Below are positions 14,601 through 29,710 of a stretch of 64,000 nucleotides of DNA, piece by piece. The first letter of the stretch is position 1. The number at the start of each line of letters is the position of its first letter. The stretch is from Auanema rhodensis (Eukaryota > Animalia > Nematoda). The position numbers and the translations under genes are program-made. A model generated the notes under the pieces. The model searched no databases. It worked only from the letters and a program-made list of their open reading frames with translations, and was not told the DNA's origin. The DNA is taken from the NCBI GenBank assembly GCA_964057225.1, contig OZ059900.1, forward strand, positions 3,162,001-3,226,000. Reading direction: 5' to 3'.

Positions 14601-17600
14601 AAAGCATAGTTTTATTGTCTATAACAACAAAAGTCATCAATTAAACGCTAGTGATGTTTTAATACTGAATTTCGCTCAAATAGCATTACTACACTAAGTA
14701 TGGTCGTTTTTATGCCTTTAACACCATATACTCACCGATTTTTGGTACAAAATCTGTAATACTTGTAAATTTTGATCATATTTGTTAAGATTTGAGAATC
14801 AAACACACAAGACACAAAATCAGTCTATTTTTATGAGCTTGCACTGATATATGATCTTTTTGATCAAAAAAGGTCGAAAATAGAAAGAATTTTGGAAATG
14901 TCCGAGTTTTGAGTCTAATTTGGCTAAATCGCTCATATATATGATCAAAAGCATAGTTTTATTGTCTATAACAACAAAAGTCATCATATAAACGCTAGTG
15001 ATGTTTAAATACTGAATTTCGCTCAAATAGCATAACTACACTAAGTATGGTCGTTTTTATGCCTTTAACACCATATACTCACCGATTTTTGGTACAAAAT
15101 CTGTAATACTCGTAAATTTTGCTCATATTCGTTAAGATTTGAGAATCAAACATACAATACACGAAATCAGTCTATTTTTATGAGCTTGCACTGATATATA
15201 TTCATTTTGATCAAAAAAGGTCGAAAATAGAAAGAATTTTTGAAATTTCCGAGTTTTGAGTCTAATTTGGCTAAATCGCTCATATATATGATCAAAAGCA
15301 TAGTTTCATTGTCTATAACAACAAAAGTCATCAATTAAACGCTAGTGATGTTTAAATACTGATTTTCGCTCAAATAGCATTACTACACTAAGTATGGTCG
15401 TTTTTATGCCTTTAACACCATATACTCACCGATTTTTGGTACAAAATCTGTAATACTCGTAAATTTTGATCATATTCGTTAAGATTTGAGAATCAAACAC
15501 ACAATACACAAAATCAGTCTATTTTTATGAGCTTGCACTGATATATATTCATTTTGATCAAAAAAGGTCGAAAAAAGAAAGAATTTTTGAAATTTCCGAG
15601 TTTTGAGTCCAATTTGGCTAAATCGCTCATATATATGATCAAAAGCATAGTTTTATTGTCTATAACAACAAAAGTCATCAATTAAACGCTAGTGATGTTT
15701 AAATACTGATTTTCGCTCAAATAGCATTACTACACTAAGTATGGTCGTTTTTATGCCTTTAACACCATATGCTCACCGATTTTTGGTACAAAATCTGTAA
15801 TACTTGTAAATTTTGATCATATTCGTTAAGATTTGAGAATCAAACATACAATACACGAAATCAGTCTATTTTTATGAGCTTGCACTGATATATATTCATT
15901 TTGATCAAAAAAGGTCGAAAATAGAAAGAATTTTTGAAATGTCCGAGTTTTGAGTCTAATTTGGCTAAATCGCTCATATATATGATCAAAAGCATAGTTT
16001 TATTGTCTATAACAACAAAAGTCATCAATTAAACGCTAGTGATGTTTAAATACTGATTTTCGCTCAAATAGCATTACTACACTAAGTATGGTCGTTTTTA
16101 TGCCTTTAACACCATATACTCACCGATTTTTGGTACAAAATCTGTAATACTCGTAAATTTTGATCATATTCGTTAAGATTTGAGAATCAAACACACAATA
16201 CACAAAATCAGTCTATTTTTATGAGCTTGCACTGATATATATTCATTTTGATCAAAAAAGGTCGAAAATAGAAAGAATTTTTGAAATTTCCGAGTTTTGA
16301 GTCTAATTTGGCTAAATCGCTCATATATATGATCAAAAGCATAGTTTTATTGTCTATGACAACAAAAGTCATCAATTAAACGCTAGTGATGTTTAAATAC
16401 TGAATTTCGCTCAAATAGCATAACTACACTAAGTATGGTCGTTTTTATGCCTTTAACACCATATACTCACCGATTTTTGGTACAAAATCTGTAATACTCG
16501 TAAATTTTGCTCATATTCGTTAAGATTTGAGAATCAAACATACAATACACGAAATCAGTCTATTTTTATGAGCTTGCACTGATATATATTCATTTTGATC
16601 AAAAAAGGTCGAAAATAGAAAGAATTTTTGAAATTTCCGAGTTTTGAGGCTAATTTGGCTAAATCGCTCATATATATGATCAAAAGCATAGTTTTATTGT
16701 CTATGACAACAAAAGTCATCAATTAAACGCTAGTGATGTTTAAATACTGAATTTCGATCAAATAGCATTACTACACTAAGTATGGTCGTTTTTATGCCTT
16801 TAACACCATATACTCACCGATTTTTGGTACAAAATCTGTAATACTCGTAAATTTTGATCATATTCGTTAAGATTTGAGAATCAAACACACAATACACAAA
16901 ATCAGTCTATTTTTATGAGTTTGCACTGATATATATTCATTTTGATCAAAAAAGGTCGAAAATAGAAAGAATTTTTGAAATTTCCGAGTTTTGAGTCCAA
17001 TTTGGCTAAATCGCTCATATATATGATCAAAAGCATAGTTTTATGGTCTATAACAACAAAAGTCATCAATTAAACGCTAGTGATGTTTAAATACTGAATT
17101 TCGCTCAAATAGCATTACTACACTAAGTATGGTCGTTTTTATGCCTTTAACACCATATACTCACCGATTTTTGGTACAAAATCTGTAATACTCGTAAATT
17201 TTGATCATATTCGTTAAGATTTGAGAATCAAACACACAATACACAAAATCAGTCTATTTTTATGAGTTTGCACTGATATATATTCATTTTGATCAAAAAA
17301 GGTCGAAAATAGAAAGAATTTTTGAAATTTCCGAGTTTTGAGTCCAATTTGGCTAAATCGCTCATATATATGATCAAAAGCATAGTTTTATTGTCTATAA
17401 CAACAAAAGTCATCAATTAAACGCTAGTGATGTTTAAATACTGAATTTCGCTCAAATAGCATTACTACACTAAGTATGGTCGTTTTTATGCCTTTAACAC
17501 CATATACTCACCGATTTTTGGTACAAAATCTGTAATACTTGTAAATTTTGATCATATTTGTTAAGATTTGAGAATCAAACACACAATAAACAAAATCAGT

Positions 17601-20600
17601 CTATTTTTATGAGTTTGCACTGATATATATTCACTTTGATCAAAAAAGGTCGAAAATAGAAAGAATTTTGGAAATGTCCGAGTTTTGAGTCTAATTTGGC
17701 TAAATCGCTCATATATATGATCAAAAGCATAGTTTTATTGTCTATAACAACAAAAGTCATCATATAAACGCTAGTGATGTTTAAATACTGAATTTCGCTC
17801 AAATAGCATAACTACACTAAGTATGGTCGTTTTTATGCCTTTAACACCATATACTCACCGATTTTTGGTACAAAATCTGTAATACTCGTAAATTTTGATC
17901 ATATTCGTTAAGATTTGAGAATCAAACACACAATACACAAAATCAGTCTATTTTTATGAGTTTGCACTGATATATATTCACTTTGATCAAAAAAGGTCGA
18001 AAATAGAAAGAATTTTGGAAATGTCCGAGTTTTGAGTCTAATTTGGCTAAATCGCTCATATATATGATCAAAAGCATAGTTTTATTGTCTATAACAACAA
18101 AAGTCATCATATAAACGCTAGTGATGTTTAAATACTGAATTTCGCTCAAATAGCATAACTACACTAAGTATGGTCGTTTTTATGCCTTTAACACCATATA
18201 CTCACCGATTTTTGGTACAAAATCTGTAATACTCGTAAATTTTGCTCATATTCGTTAAGATTTGAGAATCAAACATACAATACACGAAATCAGTCTATTT
18301 TTATGAGCTTGCACTGATATATATTCATTTTGATCAAAAAAGGTCGAAAATAGAAAGAATTTTTGAAATTTCCGAGTTTTGAGGCTAATTTGGCTAAATC
18401 GCTCATATATATGATCAAAAGCATAGTTTTATTGTCTATGACAACAAAAGTCATCAATTAAACGCTAGTGATGTTTAAATACTGAATTTCGATCAAATAG
18501 CATTACTACACTAAGTATGGTCGTTTTTATGCCTTTAACACCATATACTCACCGATTTTTGGTACAAAATCTGTAATACTCGTAAATTTTGATCATATTC
18601 GTTAAGATTTGAGAATCAAACACACAATACACAAAATCAGTCTATTTTTATGAGTTTGCACTGATATATATTCATTTTGATCAAAAAAGGTCGAAAATAG
18701 AAAGAATTTTTGAAATTTCCGAGTTTTGAGTCCAATTTGGCTAAATCGCTCATATATATGATCAAAAGCATAGTTTTATTGTCTATAACAACAAAAGTCA
18801 TTAATTAAACACTAGTGATGTTTAAATACTGATTTTCGCTCAAATAGCATTACTACACTAAGTATGGTCGTTTTTATGCCTTTAACACCATATACTCACC
18901 GATTTTTGGTACAAAATCTGTAATACTTGTAAATTTTGATCATATTTGTTAAGATTTGAGAATCAAACACACAATAAACAAAATCAGTCTATTTTTATGA
19001 GTTTGCACTGATATATATTCACTTTGATCAAAAAAGGTCGAAAATAGAAAGAATTTTTGAAATTTCCGAGTTTTGAGTCCAATTTGGCTAAATCGCTCAT
19101 ATATATGATCAAAAGCATAGTTTTATTGTCTATAACAACAAAAGTCATCAATTAAACGCTAGTGATGTTTTAATACTGAATTTCGCTCAAATAGCATTAC
19201 TACACTAAGTATGGTCGTTTTTATGCCTTTAACACCATATACTCACCGATTTTTGGTACAAAATCTGTAATACTTGTAAATTTTGATCATATTTGTTAAG
19301 ATTTGAGAATCAAACACACAAGACACAAAATCAGTCTATTTTTATGAGCTTGCACTGATATATGATCTTTTTGATCAAAAAAGGTCGAAAATAGAAAGAA
19401 TTTTGGAAATGTCCGAGTTTTGAGTCTAATTTGGCTAAATCGCTCATATATATGATCAAAAGCATAGTTTTATTGTCTATAACAACAAAAGTCATCATAT
19501 AAACGCTAGTGATGTTTAAATACTGAATTTCGCTCAAATAGCATAACTACACTAAGTATGGTCGTTTTTATGCCTTTAACACCATATACTCACCGATTTT
19601 TGGTACAAAATCTGTAATACTCGTAAATTTTGCTCATATTCGTTAAGATTTGAGAATCAAACATACAATACACGAAATCAGTCTATTTTTATGAGCTTGC
19701 ACTGATATATATTCATTTTGATCAAAAAAGGTCGAAAATAGAAAGAATTTTTGAAATTTCCGAGTTTTGAGGCTAATTTGGCTAAATCGCTCATATATAT
19801 GATCAAAAGCATAGTTTTATTGTCTATGACAACAAAAGTCATCAATTAAACGCTAGTGATGTTTAAATACTGAATTTCGATCAAATAGCATTACTACACT
19901 AAGTATGGTCGTTTTTATGCCTTTAACACCATATACTCACCGATTTTTGGTACAAAATCTGTAATACTCGTAAATTTTGATCATATTCGTTAAGATTTGA
20001 GAATCAAACACACAATACACAAAATCAGTCTATTTTTATGAGTTTGCACTGATATATATTCATTTTGATCAAAAAAGGTCGAAAATAGAAAGAATTTTTG
20101 AAATTTCCGAGTTTTGAGTCCAATTTGGCTAAATCGCTCATATATATGATCAAAAGCATAGTTTTATGGTCTATAACAACAAAAGTCATCAATTAAACGC
20201 TAGTGATGTTTAAATACTGAATTTCGCTCAAATAGCATTACTACACTAAGTATGGTCGTTTTTATGCCTTTAACACCATATACTCACCGATTTTTGGTAC
20301 AAAATCTGTAATACTCGTAAATTTTGATCATATTCGTTAAGATTTGAGAATCAAACACACAATACACAAAATCAGTCTATTTTTATGAGTTTGCACTGAT
20401 ATATATTCATTTTGATCAAAAAAGGTCGAAAATAGAAAGAATTTTTGAAATTTCCGAGTTTTGAGTCCAATTTGGCTAAATCGCTCATATATATGATCAA
20501 AAGCATAGTTTTATTGTCTATAACAACAAAAGTCATCAATTAAACGCTAGTGATGTTTAAATACTGAATTTCGCTCAAATAGCATTACTACACTAAGTAT

Positions 20601-23600
20601 GGTCGTTTTTATGCCTTTAACACCATATACTCACCGATTTTTGGTACAAAATCTGTAATACTCGTAAATTTTGATCATATTCGTTAAGATTTGAGAATCA
20701 AACATACAATACACGAAATCAGTCTATTGTTATGAGCTTGCACTGATGTATATTCATTTTGATCAAAAAAGGTCGAAAATAGAAAGAATTTTTGAAATTT
20801 CCGAGTTTTGAGTCTAATTTGGCTAAATCGCTCATATATATGATCAGAAGCATAGTTTTATTGTCTATGACAACAAAAGTCATCAATTAAACGCTAGTGA
20901 TGTTTTAATACTGATTTTCGCTCAAATAGCATTACTACACTAAGTATGGTCGTTTTTATGCCTTTAACACCATATACTCACCGATTTTTGGTACAAAATC
21001 TGTAATACTCGTAAATTTTGATCATATTCGTTAAGATTTGAGAATCAAACACACAATACACAAAATCAGTCTATTTTTATGAGCTTGCACTGATATATAT
21101 TCATTTTGATCAAAAAAGGTCGAAAAAAGAAAGAATTTTTGAAATTTCCGAGTTTTGAGTCCAATTTGGCTAAATCGCTCATATATATGATCAAAAGCAT
21201 AGTTTTATTGTCTATAACAACAAAAGTCATCAATTAAACGCTAGTGATGTTTAAATACTGATTTTCGCTCAAATAGCATTACTACACTAAGTATGGTCGT
21301 TTTTATGCCTTTAACACCATATACTCACCGATTTTTGGTACAAAATCTGTAATACTTGTAAATTTTGATCATATTCGTTAAGATTTGAGAATCAAACATA
21401 CAATACACGAAATCAGTCTATTTTTATGAGCTTGCACTGATATATATTCATTTTGATCAAAAAAGGTCGAAAATAGAAAGAATTTTTGAATTTTCCGAGT
21501 TTTGAGTCCAATTTGGCTAAATCGCTCATATATATGATCAAAAGCATAGTTTTATTGTCTATAACAACAAAAGTCATTAATTAAACACTAGTGATGTTTA
21601 AATACTGATTTTCGCTCAAATAGCATTACTACACTAAGTATGGTCGTTTTTATGCCTTTAACACCATATACTCACCGATTTTTGGTACAAAATCTGTAAT
21701 ACTTGTAAATTTTGATCATATTTGTTAAGATTTGAGAATCAAACACACAATAAACAAAATCAGTCTATTTTTATGAGTTTGCACTGATATATATTCACTT
21801 TGATCAAAAAAGGTCGAAAATAGAAAGAATTTTTGAAATTTCCGAGTTTTGAGTCCAATTTGGCTAAATCGCTCATATATATGATCAAAAGCATAGTTTT
21901 ATTGTCTATAACAACAAAAGTCATCAATTAAACGCTAGTGATGTTTTAATACTGAATTTCGCTCAAATAGCATTACTACACTAAGTATGGTCGTTTTTAT
22001 GCCTTTAACACCATATACTCACCGATTTTTGGTACAAAATCTGTAATACTTGTAAATTTTGATCATATTTGTTAAGATTTGAGAATCAAACACACAAGAC
22101 ACAAAATCAGTCTATTTTTATGAGCTTGCACTGATATATGATCTTTTTGATCAAAAAAGGTCGAAAATAGAAAGAATTTTGGAAATGTCCGAGTTTTGAG
22201 TCTAATTTGGCTAAATCGCTCATATATATGATCAAAAGCATAGTTTTATTGTCTATAACAACAAAAGTCATCATATAAACGCTAGTGATGTTTAAATACT
22301 GAATTTCGCTCAAATAGCATAACTACACTAAGTATGGTCGTTTTTATGCCTTTAACACCATATACTCACCGATTTTTGGTACAAAATCTGTAATACTCGT
22401 AAATTTTGCTCATATTCGTTAAGATTTGAGAATCAAACATACAATACACGAAATCAGTCTATTTTTATGAGCTTGCACTGATATATATTCATTTTGATCA
22501 AAAAAGGTCGAAAATAGAAAGAATTTTTGAAATTTCCGAGTTTTGAGGCTAATTTGGCTAAATCGCTCATATATATGATCAAAAGCATAGTTTTATTGTC
22601 TATGACAACAAAAGTCATCAATTAAACGCTAGTGATGTTTAAATACTGAATTTCGATCAAATAGCATTACTACACTAAGTATGGTCGTTTTTATGCCTTT
22701 AACACCATATACTCACCGATTTTTGGTACAAAATCTGTAATACTCGTAAATTTTGATCATATTCGTTAAGATTTGAGAATCAAACACACAATACACAAAA
22801 TCAGTCTATTTTTATGAGTTTGCACTGATATATATTCATTTTGATCAAAAAAGGTCGAAAATAGAAAGAATTTTTGAAATTTCCGAGTTTTGAGTCCAAT
22901 TTGGCTAAATCGCTCATATATATGATCAAAAGCATAGTTTTATTGTCTATAACAACAAAAGTCATCAATTAAACGCTAGTGATGTTTAAATACTGAATTT
23001 CGCTCAAATAGCATTACTACACTAAGTATGGTCGTTTTTATGCCTTTAACACCATATACTCACCGATTTTTGGTACAAAATCTGTAATACTCGTAAATTT
23101 TGATCATATTCGTTAAGATTTGAGAATCAAACATACAATACACGAAATCAGTCTATTGTTATGAGCTTGCACTGATATATATTCATTTTGATCAAAAAAG
23201 GTCGAAAATAGAAAGAATTTTTGAAATTTCCGAGTTTTGAGTCTAATTTGGCTAAATCGCTCATATATATGATCAGAAGCATAGTTTTATTGTCTATGAC
23301 AACAAAAGTCATCAATTAAATGCTAGTGATGTTTAAATACTGATTTTCGCTCAAATAGCATTACTACACTAAGTATGGTCGTTTTTATGCCTTTAACACC
23401 ATATACTCACCGATTTTTGGTACAAAATCTGTAATACTCGTAAATTTTGATCATATTCGTTAAGATTTGAGAATCAAACACACAATACACAAAATCAGTC
23501 TATTTTTATGAGCTTGCACTGATATATATTCATTTTGATCAAAAAAGGTCGAAAAAAGAAAGAATTTTTGAAATTTCCGAGTTTTGAGTCCAATTTGGCT

Positions 23601-26600
23601 AAATCGCTCATATATATGATCAAAAGCATAGTTTTATTGTCTATAACAACAAAAGTCATCAATTAAACGCTAGTGATGTTTAAATACTGATTTTCGCTCA
23701 AATAGCATTACTACACTAAGTATGGTCGTTTTTATGCCTTTAACACCATATGCTCACCGATTTTTGGTACAAAATCTGTAATACTTGTAAATTTTGATCA
23801 TATTCGTTAAGATTTGAGAATCAAACATACAATACACGAAATCAGTCTATTTTTATGAGCTTGCACTGATATATATTCATTTTGATCAAAAAAGGTCGAA
23901 AATAGAAAGAATTTTTGAAATGTCCGAGTTTTGAGTCTAATTTGGCTAAATCGCTCATATATATGATCAAAAGCATAGTTTTATTGTCTATAACAACAAA
24001 AGTCATCAATTAAACGCTAGTGATGTTTAAATACTGATTTTCGCTCAAATAGCATTACTACACTAAGTATGGTCGTTTTTATGCCTTTAACACCATATAC
24101 TCACCGATTTTTGGTACAAAATCTGTAATACTCGTAAATTTTGATCATATTCGTTAAGATTTGAGAATCAAACACACAATACACAAAATCAGTCTATTTT
24201 TATGAGCTTGCACTGATATATATTCATTTTGATCAAAAAAGGTCGAAAATAGAAAGAATTTTTGAAATTTCCGAGTTTTGAGTCTAATTTGGCTAAATCG
24301 CTCATATATATGATCAAAAGCATAGTTTTATTGTCTATGACAACAAAAGTCATCAATTAAACGCTAGTGATGTTTAAATACTGAATTTCGCTCAAATAGC
24401 ATTACTACACTAAGTATGGTCGTTTTTATGCCTTTAACACTATATACTCACCGATTTTTGGTACAAAATCTGTAATACTTGTAAATTTTGATCATATTTG
24501 TTAAGATTTGAGAATCAAACACACAATACACAAAATCAGTCTATTTTTATGAGTTTGTACTGATATATATTCACTTTGATCAAAAAAGGTCGAAAATAGA
24601 AAGAATTTTTGAAATGTCCGAGTTTTGAGTCCAATTTGGCTAAATCGCTCATATATATGATCAAAAGCATAGTTTTATTGTCTATAACAACAAAAGTCAT
24701 CAATTAAACGCTAGTGATGTTTAAATACTGAATTTCGCTCAAATAGCATTACTACACTAAGTATGGTCGTTTTTATGCCTTTAACACCATATACTCACCG
24801 ATTTTTGGTACAAAATCTGTAATACTCGTAAATTTTGATCATATTCGTTAAGATTTGAAAATCAAACACACAATAAACAAAATCAGTCTATTTTTATGAG
24901 TTTGCACTGATATATATTCATTTTGATCAAAAAAGGTCGAAAATAGAAAGAATTTTTGAATTTTCCGAGTTTTGAGTCCAATTGGGCTAAATCGCTCATA
25001 TATATGATCAAAAGCATAGTTTTATTGTCTATAACAACAAAAGTCATCAATTAAACGCTAGTGATGTTTAAATACTGATTTTCGCTCAAATAGCATTACT
25101 ACACTAAGTATGGTCGTTTTTATGCCTTTAACACCATATACTCACCGATTTTTGGTACAAAATCTGTAATACTCGTAAATTTTGATCATATTCGTTAAGA
25201 TTTGAGAATCAAACACACAATACACAAAATCAGTCTATTTTTATGAGCTTGCACTGATATATATTCATTTTGATCAAAAAAGGTCGAAAAAAGAAAGAAT
25301 TTTTGAAATTTCCGAGTTTTGAGTCCAATTTGGCTAAATCGCTCATATATATGATCAAAAGCATAGTTTTATTGTCTATAACAACAAAAGTCATCAATTA
25401 AACGCTAGTGATGTTTAAATACTGAATTTCGCTCAAATAGCATTACTACACTAAGTATGGTCGTTTTTATGCCTTTAACACCATATACTCACCGATTTTT
25501 GGTACAAAATCTGTAATACTCGTAAATTTTGATCATATTCGTTAAGATTTGAGAATCAAACATACAATACACGAAATCAGTCTATTTTTATGAGCTTGCA
25601 CTGATATATATTCTTTTTGATCAAAAAAGGTCGAAAATAGAAAGAATTTTTGAAATTTCCGAGTTTTGAGTCTAATTTGGCTAAATCGCTCATATATATG
25701 ATCAGAAGCATAGTTCTATTGTCTATGACAACAAAAATCATCAATTAAACGCTAGTGATGTTCAAATACTGATTTTCGCTCAAATAGCATTACTACACTA
25801 AGTATGGTCGTTTTTATGCCTTTAACACCATATACTCACCGATTTTTGGTACAAAATCTGTAATACTCGTAAATTTTGATCATATTCGTTAAGATTTGAA
25901 AATCAAACACACAATAAACAAAATCAGTCTATTTTTATGAGTTTGCACTGATATATATTCATTTTGATCAAAAAAGGTCGAAAATAGAAAGAATTTTTGA
26001 ATTTTCCGAGTTTTGAGTCTAATTTGGCTAAATCGCTCATATATATGATCAGAAGCATAGTTTTGTTGTCTATGACAACAAAAGTCATCAATTAAACGCT
26101 AGTGATGTTTAAATACTGATTTTCGCTCAAATAGCATTACTACACTAAGTATGGTCGTTTTTATGCCTTTAACACCATATACTCACCGATTTTTGGTACA
26201 AAATCTGTAATACTCGTAAATTTTGATCATATTCGTTAAGATTTGAGAATCAAACACACAATACACAAAATCAGTCTATTTTTATGAGCTTGCACTGATA
26301 TATATTCATTTTGATCAAAAAAGGTCGAAAATAGAAAGAATTTTTAAAATTTCCGAGTTTTGAGTCCAATTTGGCTAAATCGCTCATATATATGATCAAA
26401 AGCATAGTTTTATTGTCTATAACAACAAAAGTCATCAATTAAACGCTAGTGATGTTTAAATACTGAATTTCGCTCAAATAGCATTACTACACTAAGTATG
26501 GTCGTTTTTATGCCTTTAACACCATATACTCACCGATTTTTGGTACAAAATCTGTAATACTCGTAAATTTTGATCATATTCGTTAAGATTTGAGAATCAA

Positions 26601-29246
26601 ACATACAATACACAAAATCAGTCTATTTTTATGAGCTTGCACTGATATATATTCATTTTGATCAAAAAAGGTCGAAAATAGAAAGAATTTTTAAAATTTC
26701 CGAGTTTTGAGTCCAATTTGGCTAAATCGCTCATATATATGATCAAAAGCATAGTTTTATTGTCTATAACAACAAAAGTCATCAATTAAACGCTAGTGAT
26801 GTTTAAATACTGAATTTCGCTCAAATAGCATTACTACACTAAGTATGGTCGTTTTTATGCCTTTAACACCATATACTCACCGATTTTTGGTACAAAATCT
26901 GTAATACTCGTAAATTTTGATCATATTCGTTAAGATTTGAGAATCAAACACACAATACACAAAATCAGTCTATTTTTATGAGCTTGCACTGATATATATT
27001 CATTTTGATCAAAAAAGGTCGAAAATAGAAAGAATTTTTAAAATTTCCGAGTTTTGAGTCCAATTTGGCTAAATCGCTCATATATATGATCAAAAGCATA
27101 GTTTTATTGTCTATAACAACAAAAGTCATCAATTAAACGCTAGTGATGTTTAAATACTGAATTTCGCTCAAATAGCATTACTACACTAAGTATGGTCGTT
27201 TTTATGCCTTTAACACCATATACTCACCGATTTTTGGTACAAAATCTATAATACTCGTAAATTTTGATCATATTCGTTAAGATTTGAGAATCAAACATAC
27301 AATACACAAAATCAGTCTATTTTTATGAGCTTGCACTGATATATATTCATTTTGATCAAAAAAGGTCGAAAATAGAAAGAATTTTTGAAATTTCCGAGTT
27401 TTGAGTCCAATTGGGCTGAATCGCTCATATATATGATCAGAAGCATAGTTTTATTGTCTATGACAACAAAAGTCATCAATTAAACGCTAGTGATGTTTAA
27501 ATACTGATTTTCGCTCAAATAGCATTACTACACTAAGTATGGTCGTTTTTATGCCTTTAACACCATATACTCACCGATTTTTGGTACAAAATCTGTAATA
27601 CTCGTAAATTTTGATCATATTCGTTAAGATTTGAAAATCAAACACACAATAAACAAAATCAGTCTATTTTTTTGAGTTTGCACTGATATATATTCATTTC
27701 GATCGAAAAAGGTCAAAAATAGAAAGAATTTTTGAATTTTCCGAGTTTTGAGTCCAATTGGGCTAAATCGCTCATATATATGATCAAAAGCATAGTTTTA
27801 TTGTCTATGACAACAAAGGTCATTAATTAAACACTAATGATGTTTAAATCACTAAATTTCGCTCAAATAGCATTACTACACTAAGTATGGTCGTTTTTAT
27901 GCCTTTAACACCATATACTCACCGATTTTTGGTACAAAATCTGTAATACTCGTAAATTTTGATCATATTCGTTAAGATTTGAGAATCAAACACACAATAC
28001 ACAAAATCAGTCTATTTTTATGAGCTTGCACTGATATATATTCATTTTGATCAAAAAAGATCGAAAAAAGAAAGAATTTTTGAAATTTCCGAGTTTTGAG
28101 TCCAATTTGGCTAAATCGCTCATATATATGATCAAAAGCATAGTTTTATTGTCTATAACAACAAAAGTCATCAATTAAACGCTAGTGATGTTTAAATACT
28201 GAATTTCGCTCAAATAGCATTACTACACTAAGTATGGTCGTTTTTATGCCTTTAACACCATATACTCACCGATTTTTGGTACAAAATCTGTAATACTCGT
28301 AAATTTTGATCATATTAGTTAAGATTTGAGAATCAAACATACAATACACAAAATCAGTCTATTTTTATGAGCTTGCACTGATATATATTCATTTTGATCA
28401 AAAAAGGTCGAAAATAGAAAGAATTTTTAAAATTTCCGAGTTTTGAGTCCAATTTGGCTAAATCGCTCATATATATGATCAAAAGCATAGTTTTATTGTC
28501 TATAACAACAAAAGTCATCAATTAAACGCTAGTGATGTTTAAATACTGAATTTCGCTCAAATAGCATTACTACACTAAGTATGGTCGTTTTTATGCCTTT
28601 AACACCATATACTCACCGATTTTTGGTACAAAATCTGTAATACTCGTAAATTTTGATCATATTCGTTAAGATTTGAGAATCAAACACACAATACACAAAA
28701 TCAGTCTATTTTTATGAGCTTGCACTGATATATATTCATTTTGATCAAAAAAGGTCGAAAATAGAAAGAATTTTTAAAATTTCCGAGTTTTGAGTCCAAT
28801 TTGGCTAAATCGCTCATATATATGATCAAAAGCATAGTTTTATTGTCTATAACAACAAAAGTCATCAATTAAACGCTAGTGATGTTTAAATACTGAATTT
28901 CGCTCAAATAGCATTACTACACTAAGTATGGTCGTTTTTATGCCTTTAACACCATATACTCACCGATTTTTGGTACAAAATCTGTAATACTCGTAAATTT
29001 TGATCATATTCGTTAAGATTTGAAAATCAAACACACAATAAACAAAATCAGTCTATTTTTTTGAGTTTGCACTGATATATATTCATTTCGATCGAAAAAG
29101 GTCAAAAATAGAAAGAATTTTTGAATTTTCCGAGTTTTGAGTCCAATTGGGCTAAATCGCTCATATATATGATCAAAAGCATAGTTTTATTGTCTATGAC
29201 AACAAAAGTCATTAATTAAACACTAATGATGTTTAAATCACTAAAT
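2617..29246 (-). repeat. 347-bp satellite array, block 2 (orientation B, reverse complement of block 1, ~77 monomers)
   Basis: Unit GTAAATTTTGATCATAT...GGTACAAAATCTGTAATAC repeats head to tail; spacings of identical variant ORFs are exact multiples of 347 (1735, 2776, 7287). Confidence 0.98.
29242..29246. other. Left target-site duplication TAAAT
   Basis: AATCAC-TAAAT|TGTTTTGCG; the empty-site monomer variant elsewhere reads AATCACTAAATTTCGCTC. Confidence 0.95.
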
Positions 29247-29696
29247 TGTTTTGCGCCGTCGTGTCCTTAGAAATGGGTGAGCGGAGCAGTGGCATAGTTG
29301 GTTCAGTGGTAGTTTTTTGTAGTGCTCTTGATCGAAGAGAATATGGAGAGAATATTTATTATGCAACGGTAACAAGAATAAATTCTTTTACACTATTGAC
29401 ACATAAGAATTTGAGGAATCCTCTCGGCTTATATACTAACGCGAGAGGCAAGATATAATGTTAACTTAGAGAATTCAGAGATACAAAAAGGGGGAGGAGA
29501 AGCAAGCGTTATCTCATGCTTATTCTGCGGAGATATGCGTGGGGGATGAGTAGCCTATGAGTCATGAGTAAAAAGAGCCTTAGGTTCAACTTACACGAAT
29601 ATTGATCAGTTAAAAGAGATTTATAAAGAATTATGAAGTATTAGAAAAAGATAGAGTTTTTTAAGGTTTTTTAGGAATATAGAGTGCTCAAGCACA
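29247..29696 (-). repeat. 3' LTR (450 bp)
   Basis: TGTTTTGCGCC...CTCAAGCACA on the + strand; no difference from 37954-38403 seen by eye. Confidence 0.97.
29355..29360 (-). terminator. Putative polyadenylation signal AATAAA in the 3' LTR
   Basis: + strand TTTATT, ~70 nt downstream (element sense) of the TATA box, in the expected U3-R-U5 order. Confidence 0.6.
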
Positions 29697-29710
29697 CTCC
29701 GGCCGACGAG
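29697..29710 (-). promoter_or_regulatory. 14-nt 3' UTR / atypical PPT position (CTCGTCGGCCGGAG, element sense)
   Basis: Only sequence between the TAA stop (29711-29713) and the 3' LTR; ends in GGAG against the LTR TG. Assigned by position only. Confidence 0.5.

Noticed and set aside
74-22313. Repeated 61-68 aa ORFs (MSEIQYLNITS..., MKTFVIIDSK...)
   Set aside because: Chance open frames in satellite monomers. They appear only in variants lacking a stop, often start at TTG/GTG, and show no recognisable domain.
29292-29318. tRNA gene or Pol III unit in the LTR (A-box-like TGGTTCAGTGG followed by T6)
   Set aside because: Only 21 nt of tRNA similarity, no anticodon or T arm and no properly placed B box; better read as an antisense tRNA-binding box.
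29246-29458. 70-aa + strand ORF (also 37953-38165)
   Set aside because: Antisense frame in the LTR, duplicated only because the LTR is; its start depends on flanking bases.
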